From Deltaproteobacteria bacterium (lineage in GTDB: Bacteria; Myxococcota_A; Polyangia; Polyangiales; Ga0077539), in assembly GCA_947477565.1 (NCBI GenBank), contig CANJUR010000008.1:83730-147729 (forward strand): a stretch of DNA of 64,000 nucleotides, in the 5' to 3' direction. The translations under genes were made by a program, and so were the position numbers. Of the stretch, positions 48,446 through 57,663 are shown in pieces (within the stretch, counting starts at the first letter, position 1; the number at the start of each line of letters is the position of its first letter). The notes beneath the pieces were generated by a model. That model was not told where the DNA came from. It did no database searches and worked only from the letters and a program-made list of their open reading frames with translations.

Positions 48446-50678
48446 GGGGCAGACGACGCCAGGCGAGGCCGATCGCCGCGACCAGGAGGCACGCCAACGC
48501 CAGTGCGCTGACGAAAGCGCCGCGCGCTAGCGAGCGCGAATGGTAGGAGAAGGTCACGCGGTGCCTCCCGGCGGCAACGGCAACGGCCTTCTGGTTGATG
48601 TTGGCCCGCACGATCGGGGCGTCGTGACCGTCCACGGTCGCGGTCCAGCCCGGGTACCAGCTTTCCGCGAGGACTAACCAACCCGCGGTCGGGGCGTCTA
48701 CGGTGGCCGTGAGCCGGCTGTTCGCCGGGCGCTCGATGCGGGCGGGGACGAGCGACGGTGGTCCGGGCTGCGGGGCGGTCGAAATCCCCCCTTCCGATGG
48801 CAGGTGCAAGAGCACCTCGCGCCGTGGAGAAAACGCCTCGGAGAACATCAATATTGCCGCCGCCCGGTCGCTCGGGACGGCCACCGACCGACCCACGAAA
48901 TACGCTAGCGGAAGCGGATCGCGGACTCGGTAGAGACGCGCCCAGGATCCGCTCACCATCGGCTCGAGACGCTGGGACTGCACCACGATCGGCGCGAGGA
49001 CGTGCGTCACGTGGTTCATCGCGAGGTAACGGACGAAGCCGCTGACCGGGACGAGTTGGTCCTGTTCGGCGTGGTAGGCGCCACGCGCCAGGCCAATATG
49101 CGCGGGACTCATGGGGCCCCAGGAGATCTCCATCGGGCGAGTGACCAGTCCGGCGTACCCGTCCGGCATGGCTAGCGACCAGAAGAGGTTTGCGTCGGGC
49201 TGAATCAGTTCGCGCGCCATCCGATACGGGGCGAGATCGCGCCACCCGTGCGCCTGCGCAAAGGCCTGCCGGTGCACGGTCGAGGACTCCATCGCATAGA
49301 CGCGCCCGACCGACTCTCCAGCGAGCGCATGCACCACGGCGGGCGGAGCGAGCCACGGGTGTGCGTCCACGAGTGGGTTCTGCCGAACCAGCGTCGCGGC
49401 GAGGTCGAGAGCCGTCAGCGCGACGACCGCGGAGGCGAGTTGCATGGCCGTAACGCGTGACGGATTCCCCGCGTCGCGCTCGGACCACCACCGCTGCGCG
49501 CGTGTGAGGCCGAGCCCAGCGAGCACCGCGAGGGCGCCGCACGCGACGAAGAGAAACCGCTGCGGTATGCGAAAGCTGCGTAGCCCGGGAAGCAGCGTGA
49601 AAGCGACGCGGTAGACCGGCGTGGCGGGGCCGAGCGCGAAGAGCACCCCGAGCACGGCGAGTGCGGTGAGCACCCACACCGCCCGCCGTCGATCGGTCCA
49701 CACCGCGACGAGCGCAAAGGGAAGCGTGCAGAGACCGAGGTACCCATGCGACTCCCAGAAGAGGTCGTGGCCGCGGTAGGTGCCGTCGCTCACGTCACCG
49801 AAGGGATACGGCACCGCCAGCGCGAGGAGGTTGGGGGGCCACAGGTGCAGATGCGTCGCGGCCTCCCAGGAGAGCCCGCCGTGCCGCGAGGAGAGCCCGC
49901 CTAGTTCGGCCATCGGCAGAAGCTGTACAGCGCCGACGCCGACACCAATCATACATGCAGTGGTAAAACGAACCAGCGAGCGGAGGCGGGCGGGCGCGTC
50001 CCGAGCGGCATCGAGCGAACGCGCGACGGCCCAGACGCCGTAGGCGAGCAGACATGCGTAGAGCGACTGCGGAAACGCCGCCAGCACCTGGATGGCCAAC
50101 ACCGCGCAGAAGAGCACGAGCGCACGGTCGCGGCGGCGGCCGTCCGAGCACGGCCCGAGAGCCTCCTCGACTAGAGAGAGCGCCAGGGGAAACCACGCCA
50201 GCGTGCCGAGGACTCCGAGGTGACGCCATTGCGACACGAGCACTCCGCCGTGCGCCCATACAAGCGCCGACACCATCGCGCCCGGTACCGAGGCGCCGAG
50301 CACCCGTGCGAAGCGTGCTGCGCCGAATCCAGCGACCGCGAGCATCAACAGCAGGAAGGCGTCGTAGGCCGCAGCCGGAGGGAGCACTGCGAAGAGAAGG
50401 GACGTGAGCGGATTGAGCGCGCCGGCGGCGAAGAGGGGATAGCCCGTGTACAACGCGGGCTCCCAGAGCGGGAGTTGCCCCGAGTGGAAGGCCCGGCCGA
50501 CAGCGACCTGGACGGGAAGTTCGCCGCCGATGAGGTCGGCGACGATGACGTCATCGGCCAGGTTGACCACTCGAAACGTAAGTAGGCGCGCGTAGGGGAG
50601 GACGAGGAGCAGGCCGAGTAGGATCCATGGCGACCATCGGCGGGCGCGACCGGTAGGGGGCACCACCGCGACGGTCAC
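48429..50678 (-). CDS. YfhO-like GT-C membrane glycosyltransferase
   Basis: G.LPLW.P..Y.GYP, AWFPL, AVQLLP..E, YLGL, FRIP.RF, C-terminal LVLAESWYPGW.A.VDG....I.RAN....AV.V..G.H.V. Confidence 0.85.
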   Translation of the reverse strand: MTVAVVPPTGRARRWSPWILLGLLLVLPYARLLTFRVVNLADDVIVADLIGGELPVQVAVGRAFHSGQLPLWEPALYTGYPLFAAGALNPLTSLLFAVLPPAAAYDAFLLLMLAVAGFGAARFARVLGASVPGAMVSALVWAHGGVLVSQWRHLGVLGTLAWFPLALSLVEEALGPCSDGRRRDRALVLFCAVLAIQVLAAFPQSLYACLLAYGVWAVARSLDAARDAPARLRSLVRFTTACMIGVGVGAVQLLPMAELGGLSSRHGGLSWEAATHLHLWPPNLLALAVPYPFGDVSDGTYRGHDLFWESHGYLGLCTLPFALVAVWTDRRRAVWVLTALAVLGVLFALGPATPVYRVAFTLLPGLRSFRIPQRFLFVACGALAVLAGLGLTRAQRWWSERDAGNPSRVTAMQLASAVVALTALDLAATLVRQNPLVDAHPWLAPPAVVHALAGESVGRVYAMESSTVHRQAFAQAHGWRDLAPYRMARELIQPDANLFWSLAMPDGYAGLVTRPMEISWGPMSPAHIGLARGAYHAEQDQLVPVSGFVRYLAMNHVTHVLAPIVVQSQRLEPMVSGSWARLYRVRDPLPLAYFVGRSVAVPSDRAAAILMFSEAFSPRREVLLHLPSEGGISTAPQPGPPSLVPARIERPANSRLTATVDAPTAGWLVLAESWYPGWTATVDGHDAPIVRANINQKAVAVAAGRHRVTFSYHSRSLARGAFVSALALACLLVAAIGLAWRRLPLSGRE

Positions 50679-51298
50679 CGAAGCGTGGACGGTGGCGCGT
50701 CGGTCGTCGGGGCAGCGGGACCGACTGCGTTGACGCGTAGCCGCTCCCCGATGCGCTCGCGTACCGGGGCGTACTCGCGGGCGAGCGTCTCGCGCCGTCG
50801 GATGGCCTCGATGCGGGATCGCGGCGCGACCGCGGACGTCACGGAGGCGTGCGCATCGGCGAACTCGGCGACGACCCCCCACGCGCCGATGGCCTCGCGC
50901 CAGAGTCCCTGAACCTCGTCGAGTTCCGCAATGCCGACCAGCGCGCGGGCGCGATCGGCTTCGGCGCTTCCCTCGATGGCCAGGCGGAGCGCCTCTCGGT
51001 AGTTGCCCATGGCCGTCGCCGCTTCATTCCTCGCACGCGAAACGGAGGCCATGCGCAGCCATGGAATGGGCGAACGCGGCTCCCGCTGCACCGCCTCGCG
51101 GAAGGCCGTCATCGCGACGTCGAACTCGCGGCGCAGGAAGGCCTCCGATCCGCGGCGCAAGCTCTGATCAAAAGGGCTGGCGGAGCGCGACGGGGGAGTC
51201 GCCGCGACGGAGGCGTCCTGCGCGAATACGGATGCAGGAACGATACAAAGGAGCCCGAGAAGCAGAACGGTGGATCGCAACACAAGCCGAGAATACAC
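50675..51298 (-). CDS. Secreted TPR-repeat protein
   Basis: Signal peptide; A...F.EA....P and A...YREAL helical repeats. Confidence 0.7.
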   Translation of the reverse strand: MYSRLVLRSTVLLLGLLCIVPASVFAQDASVAATPPSRSASPFDQSLRRGSEAFLRREFDVAMTAFREAVQREPRSPIPWLRMASVSRARNEAATAMGNYREALRLAIEGSAEADRARALVGIAELDEVQGLWREAIGAWGVVAEFADAHASVTSAVAPRSRIEAIRRRETLAREYAPVRERIGERLRVNAVGPAAPTTDAPPSTLR

Positions 51299-51300
51299 GG

Positions 51301-52038
51301 TCAGTGCGCGCGATACTCGTAGTAGTACCGGAGCACCTGACGGACATAGTGCTGGGTCTCCTCGTACGGGGGCACCGCGCCGTAGCGGATCACCGCGCCG
51401 CTACCGGCGTTGTAGGCGGCAAGGGTGAGCACGAGGTCGCCGTTGAAGGTGTTGGCGAGCACCCGGAGGAAGCGCGTTCCGCCGAGGACGTTCTGCCGCG
51501 CGTCGAATGGGTCTGTGACGGTCATGCTTTGCGCCGTGGATGGGAGCATCTGCATCAGTCCGAGGGCGCCGGACGACGAGACGCTCCACGCGTTGAAGTC
51601 GCTTTCCTGCTTGATTACCGCGCGAATGAGCGCCTCGGGAATCTGGTAGAGCTGCGCTGCCTCGCGGATGTACGGGTCGTAGCGGTTGTAGCGGGTGGCG
51701 TCGCCGCGCGCAGCGTCGTACTGGGCGCGCACCTCCGGGCCGATGGTCGGGAGGTTGGGCGCCGTGATGACCTGCGACGGGGCATCCGACGGGGGGCGAT
51801 GATCAGGGGAGGAAATGATCACGCGCGCGTTGGCGCGACGGTTGGCCGGCACGTTGGTGAAGTGCAGTGATCCGTCGGCGCTGCGGGACATCCAGATCTG
51901 CGCGGACGCCGAAGGGGCCATGGCGAGAAGCGAAGACAGCAGGGACGTGAGGACGGACTGACGCAAGGTAATCGAAGGATAGCGAACGATGAGGCGGTTC
52001 GGCCAGTGCCGCTGGTGGGGCGGAAGCTCCCCGCGCAT
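51301..52038 (-). CDS. Lytic transglycosylase (SLT domain, small N-terminal DUF4124-like domain; start uncertain)
   Basis: DG..HFTN.P; AVIKQES.F...VS..GA.GLMQ.LP, N..GG..FL, LAAYNAG, ETQ.YV. Confidence 0.92.
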   Translation of the reverse strand: MRGELPPHQRHWPNRLIVRYPSITLRQSVLTSLLSSLLAMAPSASAQIWMSRSADGSLHFTNVPANRRANARVIISSPDHRPPSDAPSQVITAPNLPTIGPEVRAQYDAARGDATRYNRYDPYIREAAQLYQIPEALIRAVIKQESDFNAWSVSSSGALGLMQMLPSTAQSMTVTDPFDARQNVLGGTRFLRVLANTFNGDLVLTLAAYNAGSGAVIRYGAVPPYEETQHYVRQVLRYYYEYRAH

Positions 52039-52099
52039 GGGCGAACCAAGGGCCGTGGTGCGTGGGGACGTTGAGAGCTAAGGTCTTCGGACATCAGCG

Positions 52100-53704
52100 A
52101 TGCGAGAGACAACGGACTTTCTGGTTCTCGGGAGTGGGATCGCCGGTCTGACCCTGGCGCTCCGCGCAGCGCAGGACGGCGACGTGATGATCGTCACCAA
52201 GCGCGCCCGCAACGACGCCAACACTACCTGGGCGCAGGGGGGCATCTCCGCGGTGCTTGATCCTGCGGACACCTTCGAAGCCCACATCACCGACACCCTC
52301 ACGGCGGGCGCCGGGTTGTGCAAGCGCGACATCGTCGAGGTCTGCGTTCGCGAGGGGCCCGATCGCATCGCCGACCTCGTGGCGCTCGGCACGCGATTCA
52401 CCCGCGCGATCGATGCGGATGGGCAGAGTCATTTCGAGCTTGGTCGCGAGGGTGGCCACACGGCCCGCCGCGTCGTTCACGCCGGGGACATCACCGGCCG
52501 CGAGGTCGAGCGCGCACTGCTCGAAGCCGCCGAGGCGCACCCGCGCATCCGGTTTTTCGAGCACCACATGGCCGTCGATCTGATCACGCTGTCCAAGTTT
52601 GGAGGGCCAGACGTGTGCGCCGGGGCCTATGTGCTCGACACCCAGCGGGCGCTGGTCATCACCGTGCTCGCGCGGCAGACGGTGCTCGCCACGGGCGGCG
52701 CCGGGAAGGTCTACCTGTACACGTCGAACCCCGACGTCGCGACCGGGGACGGCATCGCCATGGCCTACCGGGCAGGAGCCGAGATCGCGAACATGGAGCT
52801 CTACCAGTTCCATCCCACGGTGCTCTTTCACCCGCAGGCCAAGAGCTTCCTGATCAGCGAGGCGCTGCGGGGCGAAGGCGGCGTGCTGCGCCTCGAAGAC
52901 GGCACTGCCTTCATGAAGAAGCACCACCCGATGGCCGACCTCGCGCCGCGCGATGTGGTGGCCCGCGCCATCGACTACGAGATGAAGCGCACTGGCGAGG
53001 ACTGCGTGTGGCTCGATATGACCCACCACACGGCGGACTTCCTGCGACAGCGGTTTCCGAACATCCACGCCGAGTGTCTCCGCTACGGCGTCGACATGAC
53101 CGAGCGACCGATTCCGGTGGTGCCGGCGGCGCACTATTGCTGCGGCGGCGTGACCACCGACGCGTGGGGACGCACCTCGATTCCTGGCCTCTGGGCCGTC
53201 GGCGAGGTCACCTGTACGGGGCTCCACGGCGCCAACCGCCTCGCGAGCAACTCACTGCTCGAGGGCCTCGTATTCGGGCGGCGCGCTGGGGATCTCCTCC
53301 ACGCGGAATCGAAGCACGACCCGTGGCCGGAGGTGCCAGATTGGGACGCCGGCCAGGCTGCGCCGAGCGACGAAGCAGTGGTCGTCACGCAAAACTGGGA
53401 TGAACTCCGGCGGCTGATGTGGAACTACGTCGGCATCGTGCGCTCCGACCGTCGACTGCAGCGCGCGGCGCGGCGCATCGCGCTCCTCCAGGAGGAGATT
53501 CGCGAGTACTACTGGAACCACCTCGTCACGCTCGACATGCTCGAGTTGCGCAACATCGCTACGGTGGCAGAGCTCATCGTCGCGAGCGCTCTGTGCCGCA
53601 AGGAGTCGCGCGGACTGCACTACACCCTCGATCATCGCGACACCGACCCGGCGCAGGCGAGGGATTCCGTGGTGAAGCGAGGCGTCGGCGCTCACTTGCG
53701 ATAA
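52100..53704 (+). CDS. nadB: L-aspartate oxidase
   Basis: GSGIAGL, WAQGGI, REGGH, TSNP..ATGDG, QFHPT, LISEALRGEG, PAAHY.CGG, HGANRLASNSLLE. Confidence 0.96.
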   Translation: MRETTDFLVLGSGIAGLTLALRAAQDGDVMIVTKRARNDANTTWAQGGISAVLDPADTFEAHITDTLTAGAGLCKRDIVEVCVREGPDRIADLVALGTRFTRAIDADGQSHFELGREGGHTARRVVHAGDITGREVERALLEAAEAHPRIRFFEHHMAVDLITLSKFGGPDVCAGAYVLDTQRALVITVLARQTVLATGGAGKVYLYTSNPDVATGDGIAMAYRAGAEIANMELYQFHPTVLFHPQAKSFLISEALRGEGGVLRLEDGTAFMKKHHPMADLAPRDVVARAIDYEMKRTGEDCVWLDMTHHTADFLRQRFPNIHAECLRYGVDMTERPIPVVPAAHYCCGGVTTDAWGRTSIPGLWAVGEVTCTGLHGANRLASNSLLEGLVFGRRAGDLLHAESKHDPWPEVPDWDAGQAAPSDEAVVVTQNWDELRRLMWNYVGIVRSDRRLQRAARRIALLQEEIREYYWNHLVTLDMLELRNIATVAELIVASALCRKESRGLHYTLDHRDTDPAQARDSVVKRGVGAHLR

Positions 53705-54324
53705 CACCGCCGCGCGCACGGTCACAGGGTCCGATTGTGAACCCGCAGCGGAGATAGGCGGTGGCATCGGGAAGGTGGTTCGCGCGTTCGGTGGCTACTC
53801 CCGGGAGCGCTGCTCCCGGGAGGTTGCGGCCACCCCCGGTTGAACCGCGGTACTCCCCCGATCACCGTCGACAGAGACGTCGGCTTCGACGTTTCGGTCG
53901 ATCGCGGCAACCCGGTCGATGTTCCCGTCGATCGCGGATCACGGCACCCACCGCGACGGCCCTGCGCGTGGATCGAGTCCAACGCCAATCCATCGCGAAC
54001 ACCTTTGGCGTCATCGTCGTGGCGCCGACCTCCCGCTGGCTGCCGTTCGTCGACTTCGATCACGCCAGCGTGAAAAATGGATTGGGTAGGCGCTCGCTAC
54101 ACGGAACTCAACCGGAATCAGAACCTCGTCCTGATGCGCGAGATCATGATCGCATTGCTGTTTTCCCTGAAAATTCGGGAGGACTCTCGCGCTCTCCCCG
54201 ATCTGATGACAACGCGCGGTCACATGCAGGTGACCGAGTGATTCGATGGAGGGGAGCGCGGAATGCCGACGAATTGGGCGAAGCTCGTGTGGCCCTTCTT
54301 CGCGTCCTGTCGGCTCACGGATCG

Positions 54325-54639
54325 CTAGCGACAACCCTCATCGACGATGCCATTGCAGTTGTCGTCACACCCGTTGCAGGCCTCGCCCACCCCCTGAACG
54401 CACTGCCCGCAAACGGGCCGCTGGTACACGGGCTGCGCCTGGTACACGGGTTGCGCCTGGTAAACAGGTTGTGCCTGATACACGGGCTGCGGCTGCTGGT
54501 AGTTCGCTCCGACCACCACCCTTCCAGGCTGCACGTAGACGGGCTGCGCCCGGGCGCGCACTAGACAGCCACCGAGCGCCAGCGCGCCCGCCATCACCAC
54601 CATCGCCGAAATCGCACCACGGACCATCGTTGAGTTCAT
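54325..54639 (-). CDS. Small lipoprotein with QAQPVY repeats and a MopE-type putative metal-binding motif
   Basis: AGAGG RBS; lipobox LGGC; (Q.QPVY)x4; EACNGCDDNCNGIVDEGC. Confidence 0.7.
   Translation of the reverse strand: MNSTMVRGAISAMVVMAGALALGGCLVRARAQPVYVQPGRVVVGANYQQPQPVYQAQPVYQAQPVYQAQPVYQRPVCGQCVQGVGEACNGCDDNCNGIVDEGCR
54421..54492 (-). repeat. 18-bp tandem repeat x4 (encodes AQPVYQ)
   Basis: ctggtacacgggctgcgc / ctggtacacgggttgcgc / ctggtaaacaggttgtgc / ctgatacacgggctgcgg. Confidence 0.85.
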
Positions 54640-54756
54640 CACAGCGCCTCTCGTTGTCGGGACTGTCACGGTCGCTCTGGCCGTGCTCGTTCGCACCGTA
54701 GCGCATCCGCCGCGCGGGGTTGCCGTTCGTGAGCGGCTTCGGCTAGTTTCCGCGCG

Positions 54757-55647
54757 ATGTCTGGCCTCCGCGCCCTCCCCTTCGCACTTGCACTTCTCTC
54801 CGTGGTTCCCGCCTGCGCCGGGACGCAGAGCCCCAGGGCCGCCTTGCACTACAGCGACGAGGCGCACGCGGCCTATGAGCACGCGATGGATCGCTTCCGC
54901 GACGAGGAATGGCCCGAGGCGACAGAGGCCTTCCGCGCGGTGCAGCACGACTTCTCCGCGTCGCGCTACGCCTCCATGTCCGAGCTACGCCTCGCCGATA
55001 TCCTCTTCCGGCAGGAGACCTACACCGAGGCGCTCGCGGCCTACCGTGCCTGGCTCCGGTATCACCCTTCCTCCGACGAATCCGTCCACGCGCACTTCAT
55101 GATCGCGCGCTGTTACGTCGCCCAGATGCCCGATGATTGGTTCCTCGTGCCTCCGAGCTTCGAGCGTGATCTCAGCTCGGTACACGATGCCGAAGGGGCC
55201 CTCGCCCGCTTCATCCGCGACTACCCCGAGGCCACCGAACTCCCAGAGGCGCGACGCCTGCTCGGCGAAGTCCGCTTGCTCCTCGCGCGCCACGAACTCT
55301 ACGTCGCCGAGTTCTACGTCACCCGAGAGCGCTACCCCGCGGCCATCACCCGCCTCCTCGGCATCATCGGTAACTACGAAGGCTCCGGGCTCGAAGCCCG
55401 CGCGCTCCTCCAACTCGGCGAACTCTACCTCCGCACGGATCAACGGCCGGAGGCGCGTGGTGCGTTCCAGGCGGTGCTCGAGACGCACGCGCGCAGCCCG
55501 GAGGTCGAGGCCGCCCGGCGCTACCTCACTCTCGTCGGCCCCGGCACCACGGTGCCACCCGACACCGACTCCGCGGCCATTCCCGCGGCGTCGCCTGCTC
55601 GGGAGGCGACCCCGGAGGTCACGCGCCCGGGGGCCCGCCGACGCTAA
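54757..55647 (+). CDS. bamD: Outer membrane protein assembly factor BamD
   Basis: Lipobox VPAC; TPR helices with F..SRYA..SEL.LAD, HP, ERD, F..DYP, LARHELYVA.FY. Confidence 0.88.
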   Translation: MSGLRALPFALALLSVVPACAGTQSPRAALHYSDEAHAAYEHAMDRFRDEEWPEATEAFRAVQHDFSASRYASMSELRLADILFRQETYTEALAAYRAWLRYHPSSDESVHAHFMIARCYVAQMPDDWFLVPPSFERDLSSVHDAEGALARFIRDYPEATELPEARRLLGEVRLLLARHELYVAEFYVTRERYPAAITRLLGIIGNYEGSGLEARALLQLGELYLRTDQRPEARGAFQAVLETHARSPEVEAARRYLTLVGPGTTVPPDTDSAAIPAASPAREATPEVTRPGARRR

Positions 55648-55669
55648 TCGGAGACACTCCCCGACCGAC

Positions 55670-55945
55670 CCGCTGAATCAGGCGCTCTCCCGCGCGCACA
55701 AGCTTGATGGGTGCAACCACTACGTGGGCTCCGAGCGCCCTCTGCGCGGCGTGATCGCCCGCCGCGACGACCTCGCGGATGTCCGCCAGAGGCTCTGGGG
55801 TCATCCCCCATGACCGCAGAGATCTGTCCAAAGTAAGGCGCTGCTTCGAGCGAGCTACATGTCAACGCCGACCACGCCGAGGCCGCCCTCAACCTGTCGA
55901 TCGTGAGCGCTTCCCGACGCGGGACGTCATCGAGACGCGCAGTGA
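55670..55945 (+). pseudogene. Frameshifted TPR-protein relic downstream of bamD
   Basis: Three frames join to LRGVIARRDDLADVRQRL / GVIPHDRRDLSKVRRCFERA / LHVNADHAEAALNLSIV, a TPR-like consensus. Confidence 0.5.
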
Positions 55946-55989
55946 CGAGTGCACCTTCGAGCTGCTGACCGACGCGAAGTAGCGTCCGG

Positions 55990-57654
55990 TCAGCGCCGTA
56001 GTCCGAGCGCGCGCCACCAGTCTAGAAGCGCGTGCGCCGACGCGCCGAGTGCAGCGACGACCCACAGCGCGACGCCGACCCAGGGGTGCCGACCCACCGC
56101 GAGAACCATCGATCCGCCGAGCACCAGCGACCCGACGAGGAAGCTCGCGAAGATGCGCCGACCCAGGCGATCGAAGGCGATCGGCGCCTGCGCGTCGGCG
56201 GTCTTGAGCGTGAGGTGCCCCTTGCGGAGGTCTTCGAGGATCTCCGAAACCTGCTCGGGCATCTGCCCCGCCATGCCGCTGATGCGGAGCGCCGTGCGCA
56301 CGAGGTCGCCGGTGAGCTTGTCGGGCGAGTACCGCTGCGCCACCAGCCGGATGAGGTGCGGCTTCGCCTCGGAGAACACGTCAAGATCGGGCGCGATCTG
56401 GCGCGCGGTGCCCTCCAGCGTCACAAGCGCGCGCCCCACCAGCAGGAAGTCCGACGGCATATCGATGCCGTGTTTGATCGCACCCCAGATCAGGTCGCGC
56501 ACCACCGCGGCGATCTCGATCTCGCCGAGCGGACGGCCGACGTATTTGCGTCCGAGCGTCTCCACGTCGGAGCGAAACGCCGCCATATCGACCTTCCTCG
56601 TCGGTCTGCCGAGGGCATAGAGCGCGTCTGCAACGGCAGAGTAGTCCTCGCGCGCGGCTGCCACCATCAGATCGAGCGCGCGGTCTCGGGTTGCCCCGGA
56701 GAGGTGGCCGACGAGGCCCAGGTCGAGAAGGCCCACCATCGGCGCGTCGTTGGGCCCCAGCACCACGAGGTTTCCCGGGTGCGGATCGGCGTGGAAGAAG
56801 CCGTCCTCGAAGATCATCTTGATGACCGCCTGCACGCTGGCCCGGGCGAGCGTGCGACCGTCGAGGCCCTGCGCGAGGGCGTCGTTGAGCTTGCGTCCGT
56901 CGAGGAACTCCAGCGTCAACACACGCTTGCCCGAGTGCGAGCGAAACACCCCGGGGAAATGGACCCGCCGGTCACCTTCGAAATTCTTGGCGAAGCGCTC
57001 AGCGTGGTCGGCCTCCTGAAGAAAATCGAGCTCAGCCTTGATGCTCCGATCAAACTCCGCGACGAGGTTTACCGGCGAATACCGCCGGGACTCCGGGACA
57101 GCCCGCTCCAACGCCCGGGCAAACCAGTACAGCAGGTCGATGTCCCGGGCGACGGTCTCCTGGATGCCCGGGCGCTGCACCTTGATGGCAACGTCGTGCT
57201 CTGGCTGGCCCGCGGCCGCCGAAGCCAGTCGCCCGCGGTGCACCTGCGCAATCGATGCGCTCGCCAAAGGGCGCTCGTCGATGGAGAGGAAAAGCTCGCC
57301 CACGAGTCCGCCGAGATCGTTCTCGATCTCCTGCCGAACGGCCTCCCAGGTGATCGGTTTTACATCGTCTTGTAAGATCTTCAGTTCGAGAATGACCTCC
57401 GGAGGCAGCAGGTCGGCGCGCGTCGAGGCGATCTGACCGAGCTTCACAAAGGACGGTCCGAGGTCTTGCAGTACGAAGCGCACGCGCTGCGCGAGGGAGT
57501 GCGAGCGTGGGTCCTGCGTCTCCGCGCCGCGAGACACCAGGAGCGTGTCGAGCCCAAGCCGCTGGACCACCTCGCCGAAGCCGTGACGCCAGAGAACAGC
57601 GACGATCTCCCGTAGCCGGTCGAGGTCGCGGAAGGCGGTGATCACGGAGGGCAT
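55990..57654 (-). CDS. ABC1/AarF/UbiB family atypical kinase
   Basis: LGPSFVKLGQ..STR.DL, PLASASIAQVH, VAIKVQRPGI, ELDF, GFFHADPHPGN, LDLG. Confidence 0.93.
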   Translation of the reverse strand: MPSVITAFRDLDRLREIVAVLWRHGFGEVVQRLGLDTLLVSRGAETQDPRSHSLAQRVRFVLQDLGPSFVKLGQIASTRADLLPPEVILELKILQDDVKPITWEAVRQEIENDLGGLVGELFLSIDERPLASASIAQVHRGRLASAAAGQPEHDVAIKVQRPGIQETVARDIDLLYWFARALERAVPESRRYSPVNLVAEFDRSIKAELDFLQEADHAERFAKNFEGDRRVHFPGVFRSHSGKRVLTLEFLDGRKLNDALAQGLDGRTLARASVQAVIKMIFEDGFFHADPHPGNLVVLGPNDAPMVGLLDLGLVGHLSGATRDRALDLMVAAAREDYSAVADALYALGRPTRKVDMAAFRSDVETLGRKYVGRPLGEIEIAAVVRDLIWGAIKHGIDMPSDFLLVGRALVTLEGTARQIAPDLDVFSEAKPHLIRLVAQRYSPDKLTGDLVRTALRISGMAGQMPEQVSEILEDLRKGHLTLKTADAQAPIAFDRLGRRIFASFLVGSLVLGGSMVLAVGRHPWVGVALWVVAALGASAHALLDWWRALGLRR

Positions 57655-57663
57655 CGGGCGCTC

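Noticed and set aside
53705-54324. SRP RNA or 6S RNA
   Set aside because: No SRP domain-IV motif (CAGG.CCGGAAGG.AGCAGC) and no convincing long 6S rod or typical neighbours
54421-54492. CRISPR array
   Set aside because: 18-bp units with no spacers, in frame within a coding sequence
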